DNA of 64,000 nucleotides from Plasmodiophora brassicae (Eukaryota): NCBI GenBank assembly GCA_036867785.1, contig CP145412.1, positions 930,001 to 994,000 of the forward strand, read 5' to 3'. Shown piece by piece: positions 48,248 to 60,870 of this stretch (position 1 is its first letter; each line of letters starts with the position of its first letter). The notes under the pieces were generated by a model. It saw only the letters and a program-made list of their open reading frames with translations, ran no database searches and was not told where the DNA came from. The position numbers and the translations under genes were made by a program.

Positions 48248-51200
48248 TCAGAAGTTCTCGCGATGCAGTTTGAAGTACGTGTTCGTGATAGTGTTGCTGT
48301 GCGATTCACATGCCTGCCATTGGGTGGTCAGCGCTGCCGATATAAGTGTCGCGCTGACACACGCGAGACGACCCACTTTCTTCAGGTCTTTGCCGATACG
48401 TGGGTTGCCGCAGAACGCGACGCCAATGTTCTGACCAACGTGCCTGCTGTAGACCTCCTCGAAGCGAGTGTCCCATTGCGGGCGCCCGTTGTATACGAGC
48501 ACGTTCCCGAGGCGCGTAGGTCGGTCACTTGGGCATTTGAGAGCCAAAAGCATTTGCGACTCCGTCCAAGGTGCCGCTTTCTTCTCCACCGCGTCCGGAC
48601 TGGCGCTGAGATGCGCCCCCCAGAACGCAATGTCGTCGGTGATCGCCGGCACCGCGTACGTGAAATGGCGAGGCGTCGACGTCACGTACACGTGGATCTC
48701 GAATGTCTTACTCTTCATCGACGTGTCCTTCAGCAGCGCGTTGTGTATGGCGTCATCGGCGTCCTTCATCACGCGGATAAACCAGCGGAAGGAATCCAGC
48801 TCGCTGTGCGACACTATCCAGCAGAAGTACCTGAGATGGCGCAGCTCAGTACCTGGTGCTGACACATGTGTGGGCTCTTACGCGTGCTCAGGGAACGTTG
48901 TACCGATCGAGAACTTCCATCGATGGTGGACAATGGACCTCAGGGTTGCCGAGACGGGCTGGCACGATTGGCGCTCCGTGTTAGAGGTTGCCGCTGCACC
49001 CTCCGTTTCCCAAACGGCTTACTGTGACACCGATGCCGGCCCCAATGATCATGTCGACGGTGTACTCGGCAATGTGCTGCGTTGGTGCAGAATGTGGGCC
49101 GTAGATGCAAAAGATCTGCTGTCCGTCTGGGCCGATCACTTTGCCTTTGCTTCTCGCATTGGTGAACTTGGCGTAGGACGCGTTAGGCGGTATCATTAGC
49201 TTCAGGTACTCGGTGACCTGTTGTTGTGCGGAGTGAGACATTCGGGGGGGCGTAACGGCCGCGTTGTTGCGCTGACCTTTCCCGTCCAGGAGCTGGGACC
49301 CATAACGCGCATGTGAACAGACACGTCCGCTTCCTGGGGTGCAGACGAGATCGTAAACGGATGCCACTGCCCGATGCTGACATGCGGGCAGTTCAGGAAC
49401 AGGTACTGGCCCTCCTTGTATCCGTCAGGGAACGCACCATCTCTCTCGAACGTGATGCACAACACCTATCACCACAGCCTGTCAGCGCCACCGGCCCATA
49501 GCCGAACGTGTCGATGTTACTGACTTTCCCCATGTTGTTGACGCTTGTTAAGGTGACGCTCCGATACGCAGATCGGTGCCGATAGATACGCTCGGCAATG
49601 TAAATCGTCATTGGTACGATGAGCCACTTCCAATAGTTGGGATTCAATCCCGTGCGCCCATGCGCCACCAGCAGCACGAAGAACAGGACGAACAGGTGGT
49701 GGGTATTCCAGAACAGCTCGAACTGGAAGTGTTTGACGTTCGGCATCGCCGCCCCGTACATGAGCGCCATGATGACAAAGATCGTTGTCCCGGACGCCCA
49801 TGGCCAAATGCCAAACAGGGCCATCGTGTTCTGCACCGCGAACCCGTAGTTCAGACAATGGAAGAACGCATGGCCAACAGCGAAGATCAGGATTAGGTAC
49901 GCAACGCGCTTGTGGAACGTCAATGCCTGTCGAGCAGACAACACATATGAACTCGCCCTGGAGCGCCAACGCCAGTTGTCTGTACCTTGTCGAGCGGGAA
50001 CACTTGCAGGACAGTACGAAGAAGTTTCTGGGTTGCCGTCTGCGACTGTGTCGACAGGTCGTACAGGTAGCGGATGAACGTGCGGCAGACGGGGATCAGG
50101 ATGATTGCACAGTTGAAGTCGAGCATGTACCCGAACTGGCGCGAATCAAGAGCACACACATAAGGCGTTCGATAGAGACTCGGGAACAGGCGAGCCGTAC
50201 CATTTTCGCGAACGGTACGAACATGGTGAGGGCGTATGGGGTCTGCTGCATTCCAAGGACGTTGTTGTACCAGATGATGAAGCCGGATGTTCCGATAAGA
50301 ACATTGGATGCGACAAACAGGATCACGAAGATGATAGTGCCCATACCGTTCTGCTCTTGCAGTCGTCTCAGGGCGCCTGAAGTCGCACGTACGATAAGCA
50401 AGTCTCAGGCAGGTTGGTGACCAAATCAATGTTGACCTTGGAAGCGGTATTTCAAGGAGGCCTGTGGCAATGCAGGTCCCGCCTTGGGCGAGCCGCCTTC
50501 CTGAAGGAACTGCTCCCCAAGTAGGGCGGATGCAAGGTTGGCGGCCGCAACAAAGAAGTAGGATACGGCGGCCATCTGGATCAGCTGCGTGTACATGAGC
50601 GGGACGGCGACCAGCGTGTACGTCACCGCACGTATCGGGACCACTGACAGGAACGGTCAGAATGTCGCTGCAGACGACTGGGTGATCCGCGCTTACTGGA
50701 ATTCGTCCTGAGTATCCATCGCTTTTCGACGACGAACGTGGCGATGCCGATAAGCAGCCCGTAGATCGAGAGCAGCAGTTCGGTCCCTTCGACGTCGAAG
50801 TTGGGCTTGTCGCCAACGCAGGCCGCGATTTCGGCAATGGAGACGACGGCGACGACGACCCCGGATCCGAGGCCCATGTTGGTTGCCCATAAGCCGAATC
50901 GCGTGGGCGACGACACAAACTCTTCTTCAAACTCTGTGTACGCGCCATCAGCCGACCGCGGCGAACGTTCACTGCTACACGACATACGGCTCTTTGCTGG
51001 TTTGGTAGCGGCCGACTGGTATTTCTTCTGAGTCTTCACTGACGCAGGTGGACTGGGGGAGCCACCGGGCACGATCGCGTCTTGCGTTGTCGGCGGAGCA
51101 GCCGACGCCGCAGCGACCTCCTCGACAAAGTTCCCGGGAAAGTACCCGACCTCGCCTGTCGCACAACTGCGACCCTCCCACCTGGGCGTCGCACCGAATC

Positions 51201-51358
51201 AACAACTACGCGTTATACGAGCCCGTCAACACGTGGCACCATCCACTCTCGTCTTTGCGTATGATCTCAACGGTTTCGCCCTCTTTCAATGGGAGCTCGG
51301 TTGACGCCTGCGACTGGTATTCATAGAGCGCCCTGGCGATGCACGGCGCCTTGAGCAT
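48248..51358 (-). CDS. NADPH oxidase (NOX) with fused N-terminal SH3 and p22phox-like domains, multi-exon
   Basis: SH3: [39 protein letters not shown]. p22phox-like: [36 protein letters not shown]: heme His pairs FHKRVAY..GHAFFH and [45 protein letters not shown]. Confidence 0.85.
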
Positions 51359-52357
51359 GGCGCAAAGACGGGACACGTTAAACAACGATAGCACAGTATA
51401 CTGGTACCGCTGTCTCGATCGGCACCCGGTAACATGGAGCAGTACGAGTCGCATGCCAGCACACTGCTCCATTGTCCAATACTAATCACGCCCTCAACCG
51501 CTACACGGCACTTTGGCCTGATGATATCGTCGGCGAGGGACAGTGGCGCTGCCGGGGAGCGGCTCGGAACGGATTTATTGCGGACGGCACCCCCACCGTT
51601 GTTGTTGCGTTGTTGCGCTCGTGCCTTCTGGTCACTGTTGGCGGCGATAGCGATATGGGCAGTCAATGATGAAAACCTCGAGTGTGCACCACTGTCGTCT
51701 GTCAGCGGTGTGTTGTCCGAAGCCCGTTGGCATCACACGGGACGGGAGTGGCGACTGCAGTCGCTGGCCAGCGCAGGCGCGGACCCGGCGGGAACTGTGT
51801 GACTGCATGTCATGCAGTCGCCGTGAGCTCAAGCGCCACCAATCGCCCACCGGCCGCCTGCACGTGGACGCTTCGTGTCGGCTCCCGGCGTCCAACAGCC
51901 TCGGCGTGCTGCTGGTAGGCAAGCGTGACTCACGCACCAGTGTTCCGGGGATTCGGGATCAATCTGCTCGATCGTCCACGATCGGCCATACTGGTAGCCG
52001 TCCATCATGCAGGGCGGCAACGCTAGCCGTAACGCGCACGCAGGTGCCCAAGCGCCACCAGATCCGGCCCCCTCCCAGGTAGGCTGTGCCACGTACCCCG
52101 TTGGCCACGGTGCCCCTCCGCGGCGCGCCCCGCCTGCCGCGTCCCTGTCGCGCACAAGCGAACTGCGCGACGCGCGCACAGCGTTTTGCCGGCGCGTCCA
52201 CCGTCGTGGCCTCGTGGGACACATTCTTCTTTAGCGTTCGGCAGAGCGTGACACGCGGCGGGCGGGCTTATCGCGGGCGTCGCCGGCTGAGGGGACCGGG
52301 GCCAGCCTTACCGCCGCCGCCACTGACTTAAAGACTTTTTACTTGCAGACTGCGATC

Positions 52358-53555
52358 ATGCACGACGGGAAGAAGCAGCGGACCGTGCCCCACGGCCTGT
52401 CGCGATCAACCCGCGAGCTCGCGTGCTCATGCATTGTCTTTCTGCTACTATGGTACGCCTGGGGCTTTGTCGTTAATGCTATGATTCGTGCTGTACTTAT
52501 GGACGTTGTGTGCAGTCTCTGGATGCACTGTCAGTGCCAGCAGGTGTCGCCCGCCGATCGCAATGGGTTCCCCTGTAACCTTTTCAACGCCGACGCCGAC
52601 GGGACGGCGCTCGCGATAGTCCCAGTCGACCCGATGCCGACTGCAGCATCATCAACAGCAACAACATGGTGCGGCGGGCAATCGTGCCCCAATCTCCAAA
52701 TACCGCCGTCAATGGGCGTTAGTCTTTTCTTCCTGTCCGTCTTCGCCTTTGCAATATAATCACTGGCACCCGATACATCGACGTACCCCCAATACAGTCT
52801 CTATTGATTGGACAATCCCCGCCGGCTGGCTTAGGTAGATGCGATGGTTGCGGAAGTCCTTCCGGTCGTGTCACAATAATAATTCTGGGACTTATCGCGA
52901 ATCGGGAGCTCGATGAGAACGCTGCCGATGTCACAGGGTTTGCAGATGGCTGGCCACGGCATCCAACACGATCGTGCTCATTTCTAGAACGTCACAAACT
53001 GGCTAGCCCTCACAGCTATCTCGCCCACCTATTGGTCCGATTCATGGATTTGCGGTTCAAATTGAAGCGCGATGGCGACCAAGATCACGAGTTATCATGC
53101 GGATGGACAGGGTATCGGCAAAATTGTTCTGGAACAGCACCGTTTCCTGTTTCTGTTTACGAACCGCGAACTGACCCTGATACCTTCTGGAATAACGTCC
53201 CATCATACCACCTACTTGAGGGCAGCCACGGCGCCTCCACGAAGCGATCAACACTACGGTCGCTTGCTGGCATCATGGATCCTATACCTAGCCGTGTGGT
53301 ATGGGCGGCGTAGATCGCGGCTATGAGAACCGCCATTTGTCACAACCGCGTTTCAACAGCGTATGGATGCACTATCATTGCGAGAACGCGCAAGCCACCG
53401 ACCAGGCCAGGTTCCCGTGCGCCGTCGTCCGCTCCAAACCCGCGTCTAGCAAGGCGATCGGACGAGATTGCAATCGATACCCGAGCACGGTCCGCTATTC
53501 GCCATCTCTAATCGTCAGCGTTGGCTTCATGATCCTGTTGGCCTTCATCATATAA
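52358..53555 (+). CDS. Hypothetical membrane-anchored protein, multi-exon
   Basis: Chain of + strand ORFs with hydrophobic segments near both ends (CSCIVFLLLW; LIVSVGFMILLAFII). Confidence 0.35.
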
Positions 53556-53584
53556 AAAGCAGATCTGTTGTGTTAGGGCGATGG

Positions 53585-55888
53585 TCATTTCCCGCCGACA
53601 TACTTCTCAGGCGCCAGCATTTTCTCGGGGCGGACCCATTTGTCGAAGTCTTCTTCAGAGCAGACGCCCAGCGCCAATGCAGCCTCCTTTAACGTCGTGC
53701 CCTCTTTATGTGCTTTCTTGGCCGCCGCAGCGGCATCTGAACAGAATATCAGAGCAAGACAAGGGTTCCAGGGCCATCGGGACGTACTGTCATATCCAAT
53801 GTACGGGTTCAGCGCCGTAACAAGCATAAGCGATTTGTGCAGCAGGGAGTCGATCCTCTCTTCATTCGCATCAATACCAGCAATGCAATTCTTCGTCAGC
53901 GAGCGACCTGCAAAAAGGTGAGCCGTGAGATAGGTCAATGGGGGCACGACTACTTACAGCCATCGCCCAGCAGCCTGATAGACTGACACAGGTTCCTGAT
54001 GATGACAGGCTTGAAGACTGTGTCAAACACCGGATTAGACTTGAAATATGCAGGGGAACGATGCCCACACCGTTCAGCTGGAAGTGACCGTTGGACCCTG
54101 CTATACTAACGGCAGAATGGTTCCCCATCTACAACAATGTTACATACATCCCAACCGCAACGAGAAGCCGACACACCACTTGGCAGGCAACCATTGTAAT
54201 TGCCTCACACTGCGTCGGATTCACCTTTCCCGGCATGATTGAGCTTCCGGGCTCGTTTTCAGGAAGACGAAGTTCACCGAGGCCACATCTAAGAGGCATA
54301 TAATAAGGAGCCAGCGATTCATGGGTCGATCTGTGCGAACCGGGGGCCACTGCCCAGGAAACGGATGTCATTGGCGATCTTCATTAAAGACACAGCAACG
54401 GTGTTCAGCGCACCGGAGCAGTGAACAAGTGCATCATGCGCAGCGAGAGCTTCAAACTGCCAAAAGCAATTAGATACCCAGATATAAATGGTCGAACTCT
54501 GCGACCTTGTCGGTTGCAGTCACGAATGGGAGCGACGTTAAACGACTGATTTCGGCTGCGACAAGGTGGTCGAACCCGACGTAGGTGTTCAGACCCTGTT
54601 CAATGTATGAGCCAGTTATTGGTCGTGTCACTTGTTGATGGCTGGTAACCTACAGATCCGACTGCCGTGCCACCCTGCGCCAGCTGATACAGTTTAGGAA
54701 GCGACTCTTGAACCCGTTGTATGCCGTACTGAATCTGAGTGGCGAAACTGCAGAATTGTGTTAAACAGGCCCAAGCGGAAAGGTAACGATCTGGAATCGA
54801 GTTACGCTCCAAATTCATCACTCAGCCGGAGAGGTGTTGCATCCTGTGTATGGGTCCTCCCGATCTTGATGATGTGCTGTACAAAAAGCAAGGGTCACAA
54901 GTAATGAAGGAACCGTTGCAAGGAAACGAAACCTTGAAATCCTCTGCCTTTGTTTTAAGAGCGCCATGCAGTTCTTGTAGGGCAGGGATCAAACGATTGT
55001 GAATCTCATTGCATGCTGCAATGTGCATGACTGTTGGGAACCTAATTGCCCTTAGCCATGTTACGACGACAACGGAAGTGGATTCTGGCATACGAGTCAT
55101 TCGATGACTGGCTCATGTTAACATGGTCGTTGGGGTGCACTGGTTTCTATAAGGGTGAACAATTAGTAACGGCTGTAGACAGGAACGCTATGTTATGTGG
55201 TACCTTGGAGCCGATGACGCCACCGAGGATCTCAATGGCGCGATTCGAAATCACTTCGTTGGCATTCATGTTGGACTGCGTCCCCGAACCTGTCTGCCAT
55301 ACGACCTATTTGCAACAGATGCAATCAGAGCGCGCCCTGTGCAATTGATATATTTTCACACGAGTGGGAAGTGCTCATCGAGCTGGCCGTCGATGACCTC
55401 ATCCGCAGCTTGACAAATCGCTTTTGCAATCTCAGGTTTCAGACCGAATTGCTGGTTGACAGTGGCCGCAGCCTTCTTCAGGACACCAAAAGCTCGAACT
55501 ACAGGTACAGGCACTGGAGGCAGTCAGATCGTTAGTAGGTTATTACTGAGCGCATGGCATGACTGGGGCAGCTTACTGCGTTCGCGGTCTCCACCGATAT
55601 CGAAATTCTGAATGGACCTACATAGGCGAAACGTCAGGCACGCTGGGCCGGCAACCCAATTCGACGGCTGGAAGGCGTACCGCTGCGTCTGAGCGCCCCA
55701 GTACGCAGACGCTGGGACATGGATCTCTCCAAACGTATCGCGTTCCACGCGAGTCTCCGCCTGGTCGCGCCGATCAGCCATCAACCCGGGGACGCTTTCC
55801 GTACCGGCAGACAGACCCTGCTGATCAACGTACGGATTTGACAGGCCATACCGTCGTGCGACGAGCGACGGAACACGCGTCCAAGCAT
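53585..55888 (-). CDS. FUM1: Class II fumarate hydratase, many introns
   Basis: [45 protein letters not shown], signature [30 protein letters not shown]. Confidence 0.96.
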
Positions 55889-56950
55889 GGAATCTAGCAC
55901 ACCCGGTACGATTTGAGCCGCAAGGCCGAGGGGGCACTGGAATTCAAAAATTTCGTCCAAAACGATGGGGTCGACTGCACTGCCCCGCGGGCATTGCCGT
56001 TTGCCGACGCGGGCATCGACCACCGATAAAGACTGTTTCTGGGTACCATTCAATGTTTGCAGAATTGGGCTGTTATGATGTAGGGACACGTTATTTTATT
56101 CCTGGTCTTTGGAGGTTTTCAGCACTGGCTTGTGCAAAGGGCCGCACGGTTGGACCATGTTCTAAACAGACAAGTAGCGATGTCCGTCAGTGGGCTGCCA
56201 AACCTATAGCTGTTTCATTGGAACCGACCATCAGAAGGTTGTACTTGATCGACCCGATAGACTCGTTCTCGGCAATCGCGAAGTAGGCCGTTAACGGTGC
56301 ATGCCCGATGTACGACGCAAGCGAATCCCGATGTTGATTCGCCAGCCATTCGCTGCAGAACAACCGCAGACGGGCACAACGGTCAGTCATTCGGCTTCAG
56401 ACCTCATCGGCTCATCATACTATTTACTCAAGTCGGCATGTCCGGTTCCGACATATTTCATCTGAAGGTGCTCAAGCTGGCTGTTAAGGCTGAACTTATC
56501 CTAACGGGGATTCGGTCAGGGCTGCCCGTATCCACCGCAGGCCGTTCCATACCATGGCGGCCCACCCAATCACGGCGACGACGCCGGCCTATCACCAACG
56601 GACTTCCGTGTCAGGGTGCGCGGTCCGGCGAACTGGGCCCGGTGCGCGGTATCACTTATCTCGGCACTACATCACGATCAGTCACGCCTGTCTTCAACAC
56701 TAGACAACACGGGGAAATTTTATTGACTTCGGCGATGGGGAACGTCTTCGATAAGCCAAATATGCAGCTACGGCAGCGAAAGCCACGACAGCGTACGTTC
56801 GTGTTCGTTTGGTGTTACTGTTCGGCTGCCTAGAGGTTGACGATTGACCGGAAGCGGGTACGCCGCCTTTCAAAAGTAAGAGGGACGAGCCGCTGACAGA
56901 TCTAAAACACGCGCAGTTAAGAGGGTGGCACAGCGCATCGACACGGCGAC

Positions 56951-57821
56951 CTACAATGCCGAAACGAACGCCATCATCTGAATGGCTTTGAATAAACGAT
57001 TGGGCAAGTTCCGCGTGTGCCTCAGCTGAAGGAGGGCGAGCGTAGCAAACCCGCAAAGGAGAACCCGATACATAGCAGGATGTACTGCCAAGAGAGGGTT
57101 CCTGCGCGCATACATCTCGATCCACGATTGCAGAAGGTTTCGAATTCGCCGCTCTGCGACCTCGACAACAATTGGCGCTAGGAACGGCGTCTGCGATGGC
57201 TCAGGCACCGATGGATGTACAGGCGGACGAACGGCGAGGCGACGACGAATATGTGTCGGCAGAAGGAGATTCGATATCGGTTTCGGGACAACGTTAATTA
57301 CGCCATTGCGAGTTATGGTGCGTCGAACACCAGCCGGCAATCGAGCAATTGCACGCGCTGTCTGGTCCGAATCCATCTGAAGCCCAACAACAATAGCGCC
57401 ATCAACGATGTCACCAACGCGGCTTATAATGCTTCTTGATACATCAAGGAGGCTCCTAACGTGAGCAACTGTCAAATACAATGCTGGCATAGGAATCGTT
57501 GACAGCTCGTTACATATTGACAAGCGATTGTTGGATGTGAAGAGGAAGTACAGATGCTAATCCACGCGACTGGGCGAAGAATATGAGCGCAGCGCATGTA
57601 GCCGAGAAAGATACGACAATTAGGATAACCGCCGAACGCATGTCGGCCGGCATCGCACTCCAGAAGGTTAACAGGGCCGACACCAGCGACGAGAACGCAA
57701 TGCAGAGCAGAGCCATCATCGGCAGCAAGATGCTAACAGGTTTTAGTCGAGGCTGCCTCGGCGCCGGCACCCCGCCGACGACTGTCGTCGGCTGCCATCG
57801 CGGCCGACCAGCCCCGGACAT
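56951..57821 (-). CDS. Hypothetical membrane protein, two or more exons
   Basis: Two N-terminal TM-like segments and a C-terminal hydrophobic region. Confidence 0.45.
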
Positions 57822-57931
57822 GGGTATAATAATCGCGTCGACGATTGCGCAATCCGCTTTACTCGATGCGTGCGACAAAGTCGATGCTACTGATTGCTGG
57901 GATGTCGCTCATCGCCCGTCAATGCATCGCG

Positions 57932-58578
57932 CTACAGGCCTCGGTCGTGGGAAGAATTACAGGGGGTGCAGATAGCTGCACCGTCGTTTGAGGTTGACAG
58001 CCATTCTCGCATGGTCATGTTGCGGAATATGAGAACGATGTGCAGGCAGGTTAGGTACCCGGTCGCCATTGCTGTTGATATTAGTCCTGCAAGGACCAGC
58101 ATGGCAAGTTGTAGTATCGCGAAGTTGTGGACCATCTCGAAGCGCAGGGTCCGTACAGCGGCGTATGTGCACAGAGCCGTCGTTGTCATCTCGTAGAGCA
58201 GATAGAGGGCAAGGTTATCCTGGCCACAACCTGGCAATGCAGTGTCAACCCCCAACCAGAAACACATTCGAATGAAAGCAGACAGTTAGCAGTCACGACG
58301 CAGTGGTGATCCATTCGACGAACGCAGCGCTGGCATGTACTGCAGTGGTGCGACCGCGGGGGACACCACGCTTGGCACGTGGAGCAGAAGCGATAGTCGG
58401 GCCCTTTGTCGGCCTCCAAGTCGCTGGCCACATAGCCAGGATGCGACGCGCATAATAGGGCGTACATGGCGATATGTAACGCAATGGCAACGAGTTCCGC
58501 CCTGGAAACGCTCGCAATGCACCAGAGCCCTGCTGTCAGCACCAGTTCATATGCCATCACCAACAACCTCGTCGCCAT
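57932..58578 (-). CDS. DHHC-type protein S-palmitoyltransferase
   Basis: FCSTCQAWCPPRSHHCSTCQRCVRRMDHHC, GQDN, NMTMRE; TM segments. Confidence 0.9.
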
Positions 58579-58804
58579 TTTCTGATGCTTCAACCTCTTC
58601 AGCGCTAGGCACGCGCAACCTCGTCTCTCATCCAGGCAGCAGACATTCCTGTCCTTGTATACAGACAACTCCCTCTTGAAGTCGTGCCCTTCATAGCGGG
58701 CGGCAAGCATCCGCACTGGCGTCGGTCGGTCGTACGAACCAAGTCCAAACGTTCAGCGAAAACCGTTCAGAGTCCAGTGGGGTTCGGTGCGCACTGGCTG
58801 CGGC

Positions 58805-58820
58805 GAGAGAGAGAGAGAGA
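58805..58820. repeat. (GA)8 microsatellite upstream of the LC8 gene
   Basis: Direct reading. Confidence 0.9.
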
Positions 58821-58915
58821 GTGAAGTCGAGAGTGGATCCGTCACAGCGGTTTTTGGTGGCTCGCGGGTGTGTGAGAGCGCGCGCGGTCGTGTCGTCGGG
58901 GCGCAGCAGGCCTGA

Positions 58916-59203
<288 letters not shown>

Positions 59204-59701
59204 TATCGCCATACTTGCTGTGTCCATGTCTGTACAGTTATGGGTCTATCGCCGCGCGCCTCCCATCTGTGCTGACTGCATTGTATAGAATACCGGTCCC
59301 AATATTCCAGTTTTGCCTCTCGATCTGGGTTCATTTCAAATAAATCGTCCAAGGCGGGTTTGCCTTGTTTGAAACTTTTATAGTCCCACCCAGCTGGCAA
59401 CAGACGTCAGACTTCGTTTACACCTGATGGGATCCAACCGAATCGCCGATGAGCAGGCCACTCGGCAACCAACTCAGGTTCTATCTTTAGATCGATCTAT
59501 TTCTTGAATCGAAGGCGGTTGACAGGTCCGTCAATCGGCAAGCAGAACCATTACGGTTTCCAGCCTGTTGCGCGTTCAACGCCTGCTTGGACTGGAACGC
59601 ATCGCAACGTCGTCGAGAGATTAAGCACGGGTTTAATCTTGGAGATTGATCAACGGTGGTCCGGAACGCGTCGTCGTCTGCCGGCAGATTCTATTCTAAT
59701 C

Positions 59702-60551
59702 ATGGCGTATCACATCGCGCTGTACCCGGACTGGGACAGGAAGGCGGCGTTCTTTTCGGCGGCCATGGTCCTAATTGTCATTGGCCCCGTCTGCATATTC
59801 CCATTGACAATCCTTGTCTCGGCCGCTGAGCTTAGCGAGAACATCACCGATTCGATTCTGCAACCAGCGCTACCGACTCCCGAGGCGGAGATGCAGGCCC
59901 TCTTGGATAAGGTGCGAGCGTTATACTCTTCGGCGCCCTACGTCTTCTCCCAGGTGACGTGAGATGCGTGTTATTTTTCGATTGGAACGAGCGTGACACT
60001 GCTGTAGACGGTAAGGTTCCTAACCATGTCCTCAAGAGAGTTCCCAGAGAGGAAGACGGTGAATGAAGGCATGTACAAAACCGCGGCCAATGTCATGATG
60101 AACCGGCCTCTGTCGCGTGATCCCTTAACCATTGGGCGGTTGAAGGGACTGGTGGAGATCGCACTGGTGGCCATTTCGATGAAAGAGCAGGAAGAAAAGA
60201 TGATCAGGGTGCGCCAAGACGTACAGCGCCAGTCGTATCGTCTTCCTCCTGACGATGATTTGCTTTACTGTACTGGGTATGTTATAAATCGTAATGCCCG
60301 CTATGCGGTAAACGCTGATATCTCCGATATGCAGGGATAACTCGACGAACTCGTGCGTTTGCTGTAACGAGCCCTTTAGTCAAGAATGTCTCGTTTTCAA
60401 GTACCGATGCAACACCCATGCTGCACATACGTCGTGTGCGTGCGACCGAGCTGATGAACAGCCGGACCTGGATCCAAACTCGTGCAGCATTTGCTGTCGC
60501 GATACGGTTAGTCCAAAGTACCAGAATATGTCATGCTTCGTTGGCCATTAA
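59702..60551 (+). CDS. Signal-peptide/TM-bearing RING-H2-like protein (putative E3 ligase), three exons
   Basis: MVLIVIGPVCIFPLTILVSA hydrophobic N-terminus (ATG 59765); last exon CVCC..CNTHAAHTSC..CSIC. Confidence 0.7.
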
Positions 60552-60870
60552 TACCGTGCCTTTGCAGACCGGCCCTGACGCCTAGTCGTACCGCTGGTAC
60601 TGGTTCCATATGCGCCTACTGTCGAAAACATCCCTTGCAATTTGGGCATGTTTAAAAGTGTGCACCGTAATCGTTCGTTTACCAATCGAGTGTCGCGTCA
60701 AAATGCCATTGCTTGCGTGTTGCGTCCCCTGGCTGTTGGCTTGTATTGCATCAGGATGGAATAAGATGCAGGCGCCGTATGGTAGCAGAGGTGGCATTCG
60801 TTCCGGCAGCGCCCATGAGTCACGAGGTCATACACGAAAACCACAGCGTCTGTGAAGAACGATCGTCGAC

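Noticed and set aside
40624-51358. Functional cluster of K+ channel, ArsC and NOX (charge compensation or redox)
   Set aside because: Interrupted by TRM1 and on mixed strands; proximity alone is not evidence in a compact eukaryotic genome.
55900-56950. ORFs between fumarase and the membrane protein gene (also 3226-3678 and 51400-52340)
   Set aside because: No recognisable motif or consistent exon chain; cannot be called coding from sequence alone.
60703-60855. Short ORF with a signal-peptide-like start (MPLLACCVPWLLACIASG)
   Set aside because: Only 50 codons with no other support; could be untranslated sequence.
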